DNA of 64,000 nt, from IMG/VR virus record IMGVR_UViG_3300009503_000028. One strand, written 5' to 3'. Numbering within the stretch: position 1 is the stretch's first letter; each line of letters opens with the position of its first letter. The stretch comes from an uncultured virus (IMG/VR IMGVR_UViG_3300009503_000028). Its lineage: Duplodnaviria > Heunggongvirae > Uroviricota > Caudoviricetes. A program made the position numbers and the translations under genes. The notes beneath the pieces are model-generated. The model ran no database searches. It saw only the letters and a list, made by a program, of their open reading frames with translations, and had not been told where the DNA came from. Shown in pieces: positions 28,820 to 38,687 of this stretch.

Positions 28820-29519
28820 TGTATTTGAAGAAACAGAAAAATTCAAAATATTCCAAGAGAAAGTCAGACAACTAGAAATAAAAAGAGATCAAATAGAAAA
28901 GAGTCTTAAAGAATTGAACAGCTATCTAATGCCATTTTCAGTAAGGGCAAAGACAGTTAACATAGATGAAAGAAACCATTTTTTAGTTACTAGAAAGACA
29001 ATTTGTTTCAGTAATTCCAATCTCACTACTCATCTATACTATATTGATTCATTAGGTTTCTTTGTTAAACTGAATGAGATAGACACAAGCTACATTAGGC
29101 AACTAAGTTTAGTAGTTAGAAAACAGATAAGAGATTACTTGTATCCATATCTTCTAGAAGGAATGAAGCTGAAAAATAATGTTGTAATAGATGAGAGTGT
29201 TCTTCCAAAACCTATAAAGATATTCTCTTATTCAGATGAGTTTAAAACATTAAATGTTGATCGTTTAAAGGTAGAAAATACAGATCTGTGCCTCATGGAT
29301 ACTTCAGCACATATAACAGAACTTCCTTTCAAGTGGGTTCTCAACCAAATAACAAATGCTCTAGCTATTGCTCAACAGTGTCCTGAAATCTTTAACTTCT
29401 ACAAGAAAGGATTGGACTACTATGAGAGTGTCCTAGATTATGATTTTTCTATACTAAAGAACATGGAACATATCATTTCTCCATTTGTAATAGCTAAAAG
29501 GATGGGAAGGAAAGAATGA
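28788..29519 (+). CDS. Hypothetical protein (N-terminal coiled coil) with GRKE motif
   Basis: Ends ISPFVIAKRMGRKE. Confidence 0.7.
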   Translation: MMLEVVKTGIDVFEETEKFKIFQEKVRQLEIKRDQIEKSLKELNSYLMPFSVRAKTVNIDERNHFLVTRKTICFSNSNLTTHLYYIDSLGFFVKLNEIDTSYIRQLSLVVRKQIRDYLYPYLLEGMKLKNNVVIDESVLPKPIKIFSYSDEFKTLNVDRLKVENTDLCLMDTSAHITELPFKWVLNQITNALAIAQQCPEIFNFYKKGLDYYESVLDYDFSILKNMEHIISPFVIAKRMGRKE

Positions 29520-29920
29520 AAGACAAAAAGAAACATTACATTTGTATCCATGTTTATCCTTTCTATATAAGTATGTCTTTATCTAATAGTAGACCTCACG
29601 TATTTCTCTTTCCCAATAATAAAATTCATTTCATATATTTCGAGGAAGACTGTGCCAAATTCAAAAAGTATTCCTTAAAGTATAAAGTAATGAAATTATA
29701 TCTGAAAGGTAAGACAGTAAAGACCTGCTTTCTAGAAACTGATTTCTCTTGGTTTCAAGCTGATGAGAATGATATTGTATTCTTCAATGCATTGAAAGAG
29801 ATTCCTCAAAGAGATAAAGTCTGGGTTGAATGTCTTACTCAACATAAGAAAGGAATAATAGAATTATTGAAACTTAGACTTTTTTCTAAGAAAGTAGGAA
29901 AACATGAAGAGAAAAAATAG
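29516..29920 (+). CDS. Distant paralog of 26315/26668 with degenerate GK motif
   Basis: NDIVFFNALKEIP...KVW versus RDFIFLEGLKILP...EIW; ends FSKKVGKHEEKK. Confidence 0.6.
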   Translation: MKDKKKHYICIHVYPFYISMSLSNSRPHVFLFPNNKIHFIYFEEDCAKFKKYSLKYKVMKLYLKGKTVKTCFLETDFSWFQADENDIVFFNALKEIPQRDKVWVECLTQHKKGIIELLKLRLFSKKVGKHEEKK

Positions 29921-29930
29921 AGGTGATAGT

Positions 29931-30308
29931 ATGTCTGAAATAGATGTAAAAGAATATTCCAAGATGTTTGAAAAACTTGTAGAAATAGAGAAAGAAGCTA
30001 AAGAACTGACAAAAGATTTGCAAAACAAAGATATCAATACTCTTGTCCAAGACCTAGAGAAGAAACTTGGAAAAGACATTAAAGGAATACAACTATTCGT
30101 AGACTATCTTGATGCCAGAGACAACAAACATTTAGCGGATGATTTCCTTGAAAACTTAGCAACAAATCTGCTAATGCTAGAAAAAATAAGGAAAAATGAG
30201 AAACTTCAAGATATAGAAAAACTTGGAGGAGAAAACATTAAACTGTTCCTAATATTGACATCCTTAGATACTGCATATAGAAAACAGCTTTCTGGTCTAC
30301 TACTTTAG
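29931..30308 (+). CDS. Helical hypothetical protein
   Basis: AGGTGA SD before ATG 29931. Confidence 0.6.
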   Translation: MSEIDVKEYSKMFEKLVEIEKEAKELTKDLQNKDINTLVQDLEKKLGKDIKGIQLFVDYLDARDNKHLADDFLENLATNLLMLEKIRKNEKLQDIEKLGGENIKLFLILTSLDTAYRKQLSGLLL

Positions 30309-30320
30309 GAGAGAATTACT

Positions 30321-30898
30321 TTGAAATACTGTATTCTATTCTGTAAGATATCTGATGTATCAGTTGATGCTGAAGGAAATATCTATCTAGTTCTCAGCAA
30401 AGAATCAAAAGCTAATGTTAGCCTAGATATTCTACACAGGTTCTGGAAGAACAAAGATGTAGGAATCATAATCTATGAACTATATAGAATGGGAGGGAGA
30501 AATAGTGGAGAATAGCTATGTTGCTCTAATCCAGGAAGTTGAGAAAAACTTAGTCAAAAACAAGAAAGCTGGACTTAACCAATTGAAACGACTGATAGCT
30601 ACTCTTCTAGAGAAACATTGTAACTCCAATGAAGCACTCAACTTTGTAATTGAGCTAACAAAAGAGATATTAGTAAGTTTTCCAGAGATAAACAAGAACC
30701 TAAAAGGTCAAGACTATGCAACATGAAAACAAGTCTGCAATAGTAGATTTGGAGAAAGCAGTTAAGTTCTGTACTACATACTGTTACATAGCGAAAGAAG
30801 AATACAAGGGAGAATGCAGGAGATGTCCACTTCTAAAGAAGTTCCCTATGATACCTGAATATGTAGATGAGTCTTTCAGGAAGAAAATGTTTAAATAA
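30321..30898 (+). CDS. Three small overlapping hypothetical ORFs (30321-30515, 30475-30726, 30716-30898)
   Basis: Tightly packed same-strand ORFs; the last is Cys-rich. Confidence 0.45.
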
Positions 30899-30938
30899 TT
30901 ATTTATTCTTGTGGTGTAATGCAAAAGAGGAGTAGAGT

Positions 30939-31601
30939 TTGGAATATATTAATGAAGACTTTCTAAAAGATATCTTCATTACTAAGAAAGCTATGCGAAG
31001 ATCTTCAAACAACAAAGTTGAATCTCCTATCCTTTTCAAATCCCTAGTTATCTTTGGTGTTCCTGGTTCTGGTAAGACTTCAATAGCTAATTACATAGCT
31101 AGAGAAGCAACAAAATACTATGGAATTAATAATGTTAATGCTAGATATGTTTCCAATGGAGAGATCGGTTTCCTAATTAGGTTTGGGATAGAGAAAAAAC
31201 TAGTAAATATCTTATTCATAGACAATCTAACTCTAGTTAAAGTTAGACCAGAAACTCTCCAGAGCTATTTCAAGATCAGACATCATCATGTTCTGGAAGG
31301 ATTAGAAAAAGGATATGTCTTGTCAATAGTAGCAATACATCGTTTCCATAGCTCTCCTCTTGAAGTTAGAACTATAATGGATGGTCTAATAGTTTTAGAT
31401 TCAACAATGAATCCATACGACAGAACAGTTCTAAACAACTTTGTAGGAAGTGAAGTTGTAAACTATTTTGATTCTCTAGCTTCTAGGAAACAAGAAGATC
31501 CTGAACTGAAATCTTTAGCATATTACAAATCCAAGAGTATAGAAGGATGGATAAAGATTCCTTTAGTAAAACAGAAATATATGAAATATGTATTTGAATA
31601 G
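30939..31601 (+). CDS. P-loop NTPase
   Basis: GVPGSGKT Walker A; ILFIDN Walker B. Confidence 0.75.
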   Translation: MEYINEDFLKDIFITKKAMRRSSNNKVESPILFKSLVIFGVPGSGKTSIANYIAREATKYYGINNVNARYVSNGEIGFLIRFGIEKKLVNILFIDNLTLVKVRPETLQSYFKIRHHHVLEGLEKGYVLSIVAIHRFHSSPLEVRTIMDGLIVLDSTMNPYDRTVLNNFVGSEVVNYFDSLASRKQEDPELKSLAYYKSKSIEGWIKIPLVKQKYMKYVFE

Positions 31602-31616
31602 ATAGGAGGTTTTATT

Positions 31617-31970
31617 ATGACTATATGGTATGCTGATGGTTCTGGATGGAATGGAAAAGAAAGTAAAGTTTGCATAGTTGAAAGAGACGAATTTAACCAG
31701 TTCAACAAGCATGTCTACATTATTAGATTTGAATATCAACTAACAAACAATGAAGCCGAATACTATGCCTTGATTCTTGCTTTAACTAAAGTCAAACCTA
31801 ATGATGAGATTAGAACTGACAGTCAGTTAGTCTTAAACCAGATTTCTGGAGAATGGAAGATAAACTTCCCTCATCTCCAGAGATTATGTGATACTGTTAG
31901 AGCAATCAAACCTCAAGATGTTAAGATATCTTGGGAACATGACAATCCAGCAGATAAAATATTAAAATGA
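31617..31970 (+). CDS. rnhA: Ribonuclease HI-like protein
   Basis: YADGS, TNNEAEY, TDSQLV and NPAD catalytic motifs. Confidence 0.85.
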   Translation: MTIWYADGSGWNGKESKVCIVERDEFNQFNKHVYIIRFEYQLTNNEAEYYALILALTKVKPNDEIRTDSQLVLNQISGEWKINFPHLQRLCDTVRAIKPQDVKISWEHDNPADKILK

Positions 31971-32500
31971 GGAATAAGACAAATATGCCAAGAATTACAA
32001 CTTTAGCATGGGTGTTACCAAGACCTTCTTCAACTTATAGAGGAAGTTTTCCTTTACACTTCGAGACAAAGTTATCTAAGCTTCTTGGATTGAAAGACAA
32101 GTTGATCCTTCAACCTTTTGGTGGAGTAGCTAAACTTGGAATTAGAGTAGATTTGAAGAAAGATGTCAAGCCTGATGTAATAGCTGATGCCCACCATTTA
32201 CCTTTTAAAGATTCAACATTTGATTGTGTGATTCTAGATCCACCTTATTCCGATGAATATTCTAAAGAACTATTCCAGATATCTCAGAAACTTAAAATGA
32301 AAGACTATATAAAAGAAGCAATTAGAGTTTTGAAAGAAAATGGTTTTTTAGTATTCTATCATATTTATCCAATACCTTGTCCTCATGGTTGTAGATGGTA
32401 TGCAAGGATTCTATTGGAACACAGAACATTTCATAAATTAAGATGGGTTGGTATTTGGCAGAAGGGATATCATGAAACCGATCTTAGCAAATATTTATAA
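31967..32500 (+). CDS. SAM-dependent amino-methyltransferase (probably DNA N6-adenine or N4-cytosine)
   Basis: PFGG motif I variant, ADAHHLPF, ILDPPY motif IV. Confidence 0.75.
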   Translation: MRNKTNMPRITTLAWVLPRPSSTYRGSFPLHFETKLSKLLGLKDKLILQPFGGVAKLGIRVDLKKDVKPDVIADAHHLPFKDSTFDCVILDPPYSDEYSKELFQISQKLKMKDYIKEAIRVLKENGFLVFYHIYPIPCPHGCRWYARILLEHRTFHKLRWVGIWQKGYHETDLSKYL

Positions 32501-32533
32501 ATATCTAATTATTTTCAAAATAGGTGAAAGAAT

Positions 32534-32761
32534 ATGAGAGATTTGAAACTTAGACTTATCCTTTCTCTACCATCAATAGCTTATATGGCATGGTGTATCT
32601 ATTTCTTTATAACATCATGGATTCCTTTAGCAAGTACAACAGCATCAAATTTCTTCCAACTTACTATTGGAGAGATAATACTATTGATTTTTGGAATTAC
32701 ATTGTTTCCTTTTACATTTGCACTAGCTATAATCTGGTTAGGAGTTGTATGGTCTCTGTAA
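32534..32761 (+). CDS. Small two-TM membrane protein
   Basis: Two hydrophobic helices; AGGTGA SD. Confidence 0.6.
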   Translation: MRDLKLRLILSLPSIAYMAWCIYFFITSWIPLASTTASNFFQLTIGEIILLIFGITLFPFTFALAIIWLGVVWSL

Positions 32762-32771
32762 GGTGAAATAG

Positions 32772-33446
32772 ATGGAAACTCAAAAGATTACAATAGATTC
32801 AAGAGAGCCTGAAGAAATAGTAGAACTAGTTAAGAAACTTAACTATCCAGTTGAAGTCCAGAAGCTTGAAGTTGGAGATATATTGTTTGGAAATATCCTA
32901 ATAGAAAGGAAAGAGATAGCAGACTTAGTTAATTCAGTTAGAGATACAAGACTATGGCATCAGTTATACTCTATGAAACTTCAAGAAGGATACAAGAAAT
33001 TCCTAATAGTAATAGGAACTGTACAAGATACTGTTCATCCTGGAATAACAGATTTCTATGCATATTCTCAATATGTCAAGAACCTACTACTTTCAGTCCA
33101 GATAGTTAGTTGCTTGAGCTATGATGTCTATTTCTTACAGTGTAAAGATAGAATGGAATTCCTAGAACTCTTGAAACTTCTAATCCAGAGAAGTAGCAAA
33201 GTTGAAGGACTTAAACCTCTAAAGAGAAAGAAAAGGAATATTGATGATGCTGTAGTTGAAATGATAGGATGTATTCCAAACATAGGAAGAAGAATAGCAT
33301 CTGAACTATCTAATATGTATAGTTTAAGTGAATTATGTTCTTTAAGTCAGAAGGAGTTGGAAGAATTGAAAATAGATAATAGAAGACTTGGAAAGAAAGG
33401 AGAAAGTATCTATAAAATGCTACACTATAAGAAAGAAAAGAGGTGA
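32772..33446 (+). CDS. ERCC4/XPF-family structure-specific nuclease with HhH domain
   Basis: IDSRE, GDI, IERKE..D and IPNIG..IA motifs. Confidence 0.88.
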   Translation: METQKITIDSREPEEIVELVKKLNYPVEVQKLEVGDILFGNILIERKEIADLVNSVRDTRLWHQLYSMKLQEGYKKFLIVIGTVQDTVHPGITDFYAYSQYVKNLLLSVQIVSCLSYDVYFLQCKDRMEFLELLKLLIQRSSKVEGLKPLKRKKRNIDDAVVEMIGCIPNIGRRIASELSNMYSLSELCSLSQKELEELKIDNRRLGKKGESIYKMLHYKKEKR

Positions 33447-33938
33447 AAAAGAAAATGAGTGGAGAAGAACACAAACATGAATGGATTCCATGCAATTTTG
33501 CAATACTTGAAGACAAAGAAGAAAACTGGATAGTAGTTCACTTTATATGCAAATCATGTGATGAAGAGAAAACTTTAATTGGAAAACTTAAAGATGTAGA
33601 ATAGAGGAAGAAAATATGATTAAAGTTGTCATTTTCACAGATGGAAAATATGCTACTTGCATGGATGAGAAGTGGAGACGTTTCCAAATACTTCTACCAG
33701 ATATAGCATACAAAGAACTGAAAGAATCAATAAAGAAGATTGAAAAGAAATACGACTGCTGAAGGAGCTGTTATTGTGAGTAGTACTACTGATAATTCAG
33801 GGAAGAAGTATCTAAGAAGGTCATACAACATCTGGATTGTAGAATGTATCTATAAAGATTTTACAGGAATAATGAACTGTTACTATTGTCCATTCAAAAC
33901 TAGATGTCTGATATTTCTTCAAAGAAGGGATTGTTGAT

Positions 33939-34214
33939 TTGAAAACTAATAATAGGAAAAAGAAGAATATTCTAATAACTATGACACCACATGCATTTCA
34001 GATATACAAGAAACATAATGGAACTGTACCAAGATGTTCATCTTGTGGTAACCCGATTCTAGTAGGAGATAAGATGACTAGACTAGTTGGTAGAAAGACC
34101 AAGTATCTATGTGAAGAATGTTCTAAGAAAGATGTAGTAGTCTTCCAATATCCTAAATCTAAGCCAGCAAACAAAATCAAGAAAGAAGACTACTGGGGAT
34201 GGGATGATGCATGA
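33939..34214 (+). CDS. Zinc finger protein
   Basis: CSSCGNPILVGD...YLCEEC. Confidence 0.55.
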   Translation: MKTNNRKKKNILITMTPHAFQIYKKHNGTVPRCSSCGNPILVGDKMTRLVGRKTKYLCEECSKKDVVVFQYPKSKPANKIKKEDYWGWDDA

Positions 34215-34570
34215 GGAACAATACAATCTATAGAGAGCTACAGACACTTAGAGAAGTACTGAATGAAATTATACTTCTCTTAAAGAAACAGGAAGAAATT
34301 CTAAATCGGATCTCTATCAATAAGAGATTAAATACTAGTCTAAATCCAAATGAAGAAATGGTATATCTACCTAATTCTCTCCAGAAGACAGTAAGAGCTT
34401 TAGTTTCTCTTGGAGGTTCTGGAACAGCTAAACAGATAAGTCAGATAACAAATAGAGTTACTGAAAGTAGGAACCTCAATAAACTAGTAGATCTATGTTG
34501 GGTAGTTAAGAGAAGGGAGAAAGACAAGTATAAGGGTTCTTCTCATGTAGTATTTTACTTAGGAACCTAA
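34211..34570 (+). CDS. Winged-helix DNA-binding protein
   Basis: GTAKQISQITNR...LNKLVDLCWVVK wHTH pattern after a coiled coil. Confidence 0.7.
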   Translation: MRNNTIYRELQTLREVLNEIILLLKKQEEILNRISINKRLNTSLNPNEEMVYLPNSLQKTVRALVSLGGSGTAKQISQITNRVTESRNLNKLVDLCWVVKRREKDKYKGSSHVVFYLGT

Positions 34571-34582
34571 GAGGAATATATT

Positions 34583-35139
34583 ATGTCAGAGTATAGAGAA
34601 ATAATTAAATATCATATCAGAGAAGCAGTCAAGAAAAAAGAAAAGACAGAAGATGAAGATACTATTAGATACTGGGAATGGGTAATAGGACAACTAATAA
34701 GTGACTTAAGAGACTACGAAGGAAGTGAAAGATGGACATTAGAACCTTACGATTCTGCTTTCCAGCGTTATCATTCTCCTCAATTTCCAAGTGTAGAAGA
34801 TATCATTAGAAATTTCTTCGACAATTTCTTCTTCTAGAGGAATGACAAATGGAAATAATTAAGAAACTTAAAGATTGGAAGATACATCTATGGGGACCAC
34901 TATTTCTCTTCTACTACTGGTTTCTATGGCAATTAGACCTAGTAGCTGCATCTTATGTCTGGCAGTATGGTAGGAATGACTATATTGATGGTTGGGTATT
35001 TGAAAGGATATTAGGTCACGAGTTCTTCAAAGTAACTAACTTCTACAATTTCTGTATGTTAATGCTCTTGGTATTTCCAGTGATAGCATTTTTAATGTAT
35101 AATAGCAAGAACATATACTCCAAGAAAGTTCTGAAGTAG
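34583..35139 (+). CDS. Two hypothetical proteins (34583-34837 soluble; 34849-35139 membrane)
   Basis: GAGG SD sites; hydrophobic segments in the second. Confidence 0.5.
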
Positions 35140-35380
35140 AGTAGAGCTTATTAGATAGTTTTCTAAGATTTCAATTTAGGTGAAATACATGGGAAGTGGA
35201 ACTTATCCCAGACATAGCAAGTGTTTATCTGGTACATGTCGTAAATGTGGGATTCCAATCAAATACAAGAAAGACCAGATTTGCATCAATTGTGCAATAT
35301 GGAATAAGTTTGCAACGAAAGATAGTTGATCTTATTTTAAGTAAATATTTAAATAAAAGTTAAAAAATAAGTAAAAAAAG

Positions 35381-35440
35381 GAATTGAATGGAACTGAAGG
35401 GAATGGACCTGAGAAGAAAGGAATTGCTAAGAATAGGAAG
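35381..35440 (+). repeat. Degenerate pentamer tandem array (GAANN-like) x12
   Basis: gaatt gaatg gaact gaagg gaatg gacct gagaa gaaag gaatt gctaa gaata ggaag: G at every fifth base. Confidence 0.6.
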
Positions 35441-35540
35441 TGAATAGTTGTTTAATTTGGAGAATGTCTTGGAAAATAGAAATATTTATATTTCGGAAGA
35501 ATGTTTCTAAAATGTAAATCTTGAAAAAGGAGAAAAAGAA

Positions 35541-36371
35541 ATGGAACTTAAAATCAACTCAGAATATAAATCTTTGATGCCAGAACTACCAGAAGATGAG
35601 TTCGAATCTCTTAAAAACAGCATACAAAAGCATAGCTATTGGGAAGAATATCCAATAATAGTTAATGATAACTATGAGATTCTCGATGGACATACTAGAT
35701 ACAAAGCATGTCAAGAACTTGACATTGAACCTACTATCAAAGTCAAGCATTTTGAAAAGAAAGAAGATGAAATAGAATTTGTTATAGAAGCTAATCTGTC
35801 TAGAAGACACCTCAAACCTTTCCAAAAAGCCGAACTAGCATTAAAATTGTTAGAGATAGAAAAAGTTAGAGGAGAAGCTAAAATGAAAGCTAAACTTAAA
35901 CAATTTGCTGAAGGTCCTTCCGCTTTTCCTGAAGAAGGAGAAGCGGTAGATTCTTGGCGAAAAGTATCTGAAAAAGTTGGAGTTAGCAAAGACACTATTG
36001 GGAAGACTAAAGAAATTCTCGAAAAAGGCGATGAAGAACTAATAGAAAAATGTAGGAAAGGAGAAGTTTCAGTTACAGAAGCATATAGGAAAATTAAAGA
36101 AAAGGAAGGATCTAAAGTGAAGTTAGTTAGACCTGAAGATATTTTTTCAACAGAAGTTGTCAGATATTTGAGTCAGCAAAGCGATCTTCAAACTCTAATT
36201 GGAAACATCAAAGCAATACATTCTTTTCTTAGTGAAATATTGAATCTAGAGTTTATGAGAAAGAAAGAATTGAAACCTTATGTTAAGAAAATCGAAGATG
36301 CAAGAACCTTACTTGGTGAAATAACGAATTATTGTCTCATAGTCCTTAAAAGGACAAAGGGAGAGAAATGA
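35541..36371 (+). CDS. ParB/Srx-like N-terminal domain protein with HTH
   Basis: PIIVN..YEILDGHTRYKAC, ANLSRRHL, KVSEKVGVSKDTI. Confidence 0.85.
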   Translation: MELKINSEYKSLMPELPEDEFESLKNSIQKHSYWEEYPIIVNDNYEILDGHTRYKACQELDIEPTIKVKHFEKKEDEIEFVIEANLSRRHLKPFQKAELALKLLEIEKVRGEAKMKAKLKQFAEGPSAFPEEGEAVDSWRKVSEKVGVSKDTIGKTKEILEKGDEELIEKCRKGEVSVTEAYRKIKEKEGSKVKLVRPEDIFSTEVVRYLSQQSDLQTLIGNIKAIHSFLSEILNLEFMRKKELKPYVKKIEDARTLLGEITNYCLIVLKRTKGEK

Positions 36372-37264
36372 AAGATATAAAAGAAATACCTAGACAATAC
36401 ATGGAAGTACCTCTTTCAGAGATAAACATCGACATGTCATTGAACCCTAGACCTGGCTTTAAAGATCTAGAAAATTTCAGTAGGATTGTTGGACTCCAAG
36501 GTATACATACACCAGTAGCTCTTAGAAAGAATTCAACTGGTAAGTTTGAGATCTTAGATGGTTTCAGAAGATGTTATGCAGCTAAAGTCAATAATTTTGC
36601 TATTGTTCCAGCATATGTTTATGACTGTTCAGAAGAGGAAGGAAAGCTTATAGCTGCTTTACTTAATTACTATAGAAAGACTCAAGGAGTAATAGCTATT
36701 GGTTCCCATATTCATGAGGCTATAGTTTCAAAAATGAAAAAAGATGGGTATGATCCTAGCGATACAGAAACTGTTAACCAAGTTATAGACCAATATTACG
36801 GTTGGGCAGCAAAGTCAATGGGAGTTTCATATGATGAAATCCAGAAACTAATACGTTCATATCTTGCTCATTCTACTGATATTCAAGTTCTCCAAGAATA
36901 TAAAAAGTTACCTGACAAATATGTTCCAAATATTACAGTAAGTGAAAAGGTTGCAGCAATAGCTAGAAAATACAATTTAGATGCTATTGAATTAGCTAAG
37001 ATTTTCAAACAAGAAAATGTAACTTCAGGAGTAGCTACAAGAATCTTGGAAGATAGGGATTTCTTCCCACATGAAGCTTTTGAAAATGAAAAAGCTTTTC
37101 ACAAAGAACTAAAGAAGAAAAAAGGAGAACTTAAGAAATTTACTGAAAGTATCAGAAGAGATATCATTGATCACATTGAAGAATATGCTGAAAATAACGA
37201 GATTCCAAGAAGCGTAGCAACTGAACAGCTAATTGAACTAGGCTATGACACTTGGAAGAGGTAA
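36368..37264 (+). CDS. Second ParB/Srx-like protein
   Basis: VPLSEI..NPR, FEILDGFRRCYAA. Confidence 0.8.
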   Translation: MKDIKEIPRQYMEVPLSEINIDMSLNPRPGFKDLENFSRIVGLQGIHTPVALRKNSTGKFEILDGFRRCYAAKVNNFAIVPAYVYDCSEEEGKLIAALLNYYRKTQGVIAIGSHIHEAIVSKMKKDGYDPSDTETVNQVIDQYYGWAAKSMGVSYDEIQKLIRSYLAHSTDIQVLQEYKKLPDKYVPNITVSEKVAAIARKYNLDAIELAKIFKQENVTSGVATRILEDRDFFPHEAFENEKAFHKELKKKKGELKKFTESIRRDIIDHIEEYAENNEIPRSVATEQLIELGYDTWKR

Positions 37265-37313
37265 CAGTCTAGTTCCCAAATTTTCTCTTTTTTTCTTTAG
37301 TAGAGGGATTAGA

Positions 37314-37560
37314 ATGGATGAATACAGGATTTCTCATATTTTAGTTCCAAATAGTTATCCTTTAGCTCATGTTGAAAAGGTTAGGAAAGTTAAAGGTTTA
37401 GGAAGATGGATTTACTGTAAATATTGCTACAAACATGCATGTTCTACCAAAACTTTCAGGTAGATATCAGGTTGTTTGTTCTAAATGTGGTTCAGGTTTA
37501 ACTCCAGACTTTAATACTTTTGAAGACCTTATTAAATGGTTAAAAGATGATAAAGAATGA
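37314..37560 (+). pseudogene. Zinc-ribbon gene disrupted by a 4-bp duplication (CATGCATG)
   Basis: Deleting one CATG at 37434-37441 gives CKYCYKHVLPKLSGRYQVVCSKCGSG...DDKE, with the stop overlapping the next ATG. Confidence 0.65.
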
Positions 37561-38072
37561 AAAAGAAAGTAAAGACAGAAGAGCTTTCCTATCCGTGCCC
37601 AAAATGTGGAACACACACAAAACCATATATGTATTCTAGAGATGGATATGCCTATATGTTATGTTCTAAATGTGGTGTCCAGTATAAAACATCAACCAGA
37701 GTCTCTGCAAACTTCCGTAAGTTCTGCCATAAAATAGCAAAGAAACCAAATAGGTCCCAATCCTACTATACATCTTCTGAACTTAAGATTAGGAAGATAC
37801 TTGAAGAGAATGGATATGTTCAAGGTAAAGATTTCTTCCATAACATTATGTTTGAGAAAGATAAGAAACATAAATATTGGGTAGATTTCATTATTCCAGA
37901 AGAAAAGTTAATAATAGAAGCTTCTCCTTCTGTTTGGCATAAGATGTGGAATAGGAATAGTTCTGACAACAGTAAGTATAAGTTTCTTGAATCTCTAGGA
38001 TATACGATTGTTGAAGTTGATGAGAAAAACTACAAAACAGTATCAGATTATTTGAAGTGGAGAACAATATGA
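37557..38072 (+). CDS. Zinc ribbon + Vsr/DUF559-like PD-(D/E)xK endonuclease
   Basis: CPKC..CSKC; TSSELKI, YWVDF, LIIEA...WH, LESLGYTI. Confidence 0.7.
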   Translation: MKKKVKTEELSYPCPKCGTHTKPYMYSRDGYAYMLCSKCGVQYKTSTRVSANFRKFCHKIAKKPNRSQSYYTSSELKIRKILEENGYVQGKDFFHNIMFEKDKKHKYWVDFIIPEEKLIIEASPSVWHKMWNRNSSDNSKYKFLESLGYTIVEVDEKNYKTVSDYLKWRTI

Positions 38073-38246
38073 AAGGAGGTGGTAATATGGATAGGAAAGA
38101 GTTGAGGGAGAAACTATATGAAGTATTTGGTGACAATCTTAGAGAACTATCAGACAGTAGGAAAAAGATTTTATTAGACGACTTACTAACTGCTTTTGAG
38201 AACAGAAAGAAAGTATTGGTAAGGACCATGTAAGGAGGAATAGATA

Positions 38247-38687
38247 ATGAGAAGAAATATAATAGCGATGCTGATACTAACACTTCTATTATTTTCAGTT
38301 ACTGTCCTAGCAGTCCTATATAGTAGACAATACATTAGCAACAGAGGGAACATCAAGACAGTTGGTATCAACATTTACTGGGATTCAGAATGTACTAACA
38401 AGATGACAGAAATAGACTGGGGAATGTTAGAACCAGGATGGGTTGGAAACACAACTGGATATCTTAAGAATGAGGGGAACTATCCAGTAGTGCTGTCAAT
38501 GCATACAGAGAACTGGAATCCAGTTGAAGCTTCTTATTACATAAGCATAAACTGGGACTACAATAATCAAACTATAGTTGCCAATCAGACTATCCCAGTT
38601 GTTTTCACTTTAAATGTTTCAGAAAGTATACAGGGGATAGAATCCTTCAGCTTTGATATAGTTATAACAGCTACTTCAGTGAGTTAA
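38247..38687 (+). CDS. Secreted/surface beta-sandwich protein of a family typical of Bathyarchaeia
   Basis: N-terminal signal/TM segment; GINIYWDSECT..IDWGMLEPG..YLKNEGN..NWNP..SFSFDIVITA (family recalled, not searched). Confidence 0.65.
   Translation: MRRNIIAMLILTLLLFSVTVLAVLYSRQYISNRGNIKTVGINIYWDSECTNKMTEIDWGMLEPGWVGNTTGYLKNEGNYPVVLSMHTENWNPVEASYYISINWDYNNQTIVANQTIPVVFTLNVSESIQGIESFSFDIVITATSVS

Noticed and set aside
21605..29920. GRKE motif as a mere by-product of purine-rich SD sequences
   Set aside because: Fixed frame, synonymous variation, conserved upstream residues and a copy not next to a start codon argue against it as the sole cause, though dual use is possible
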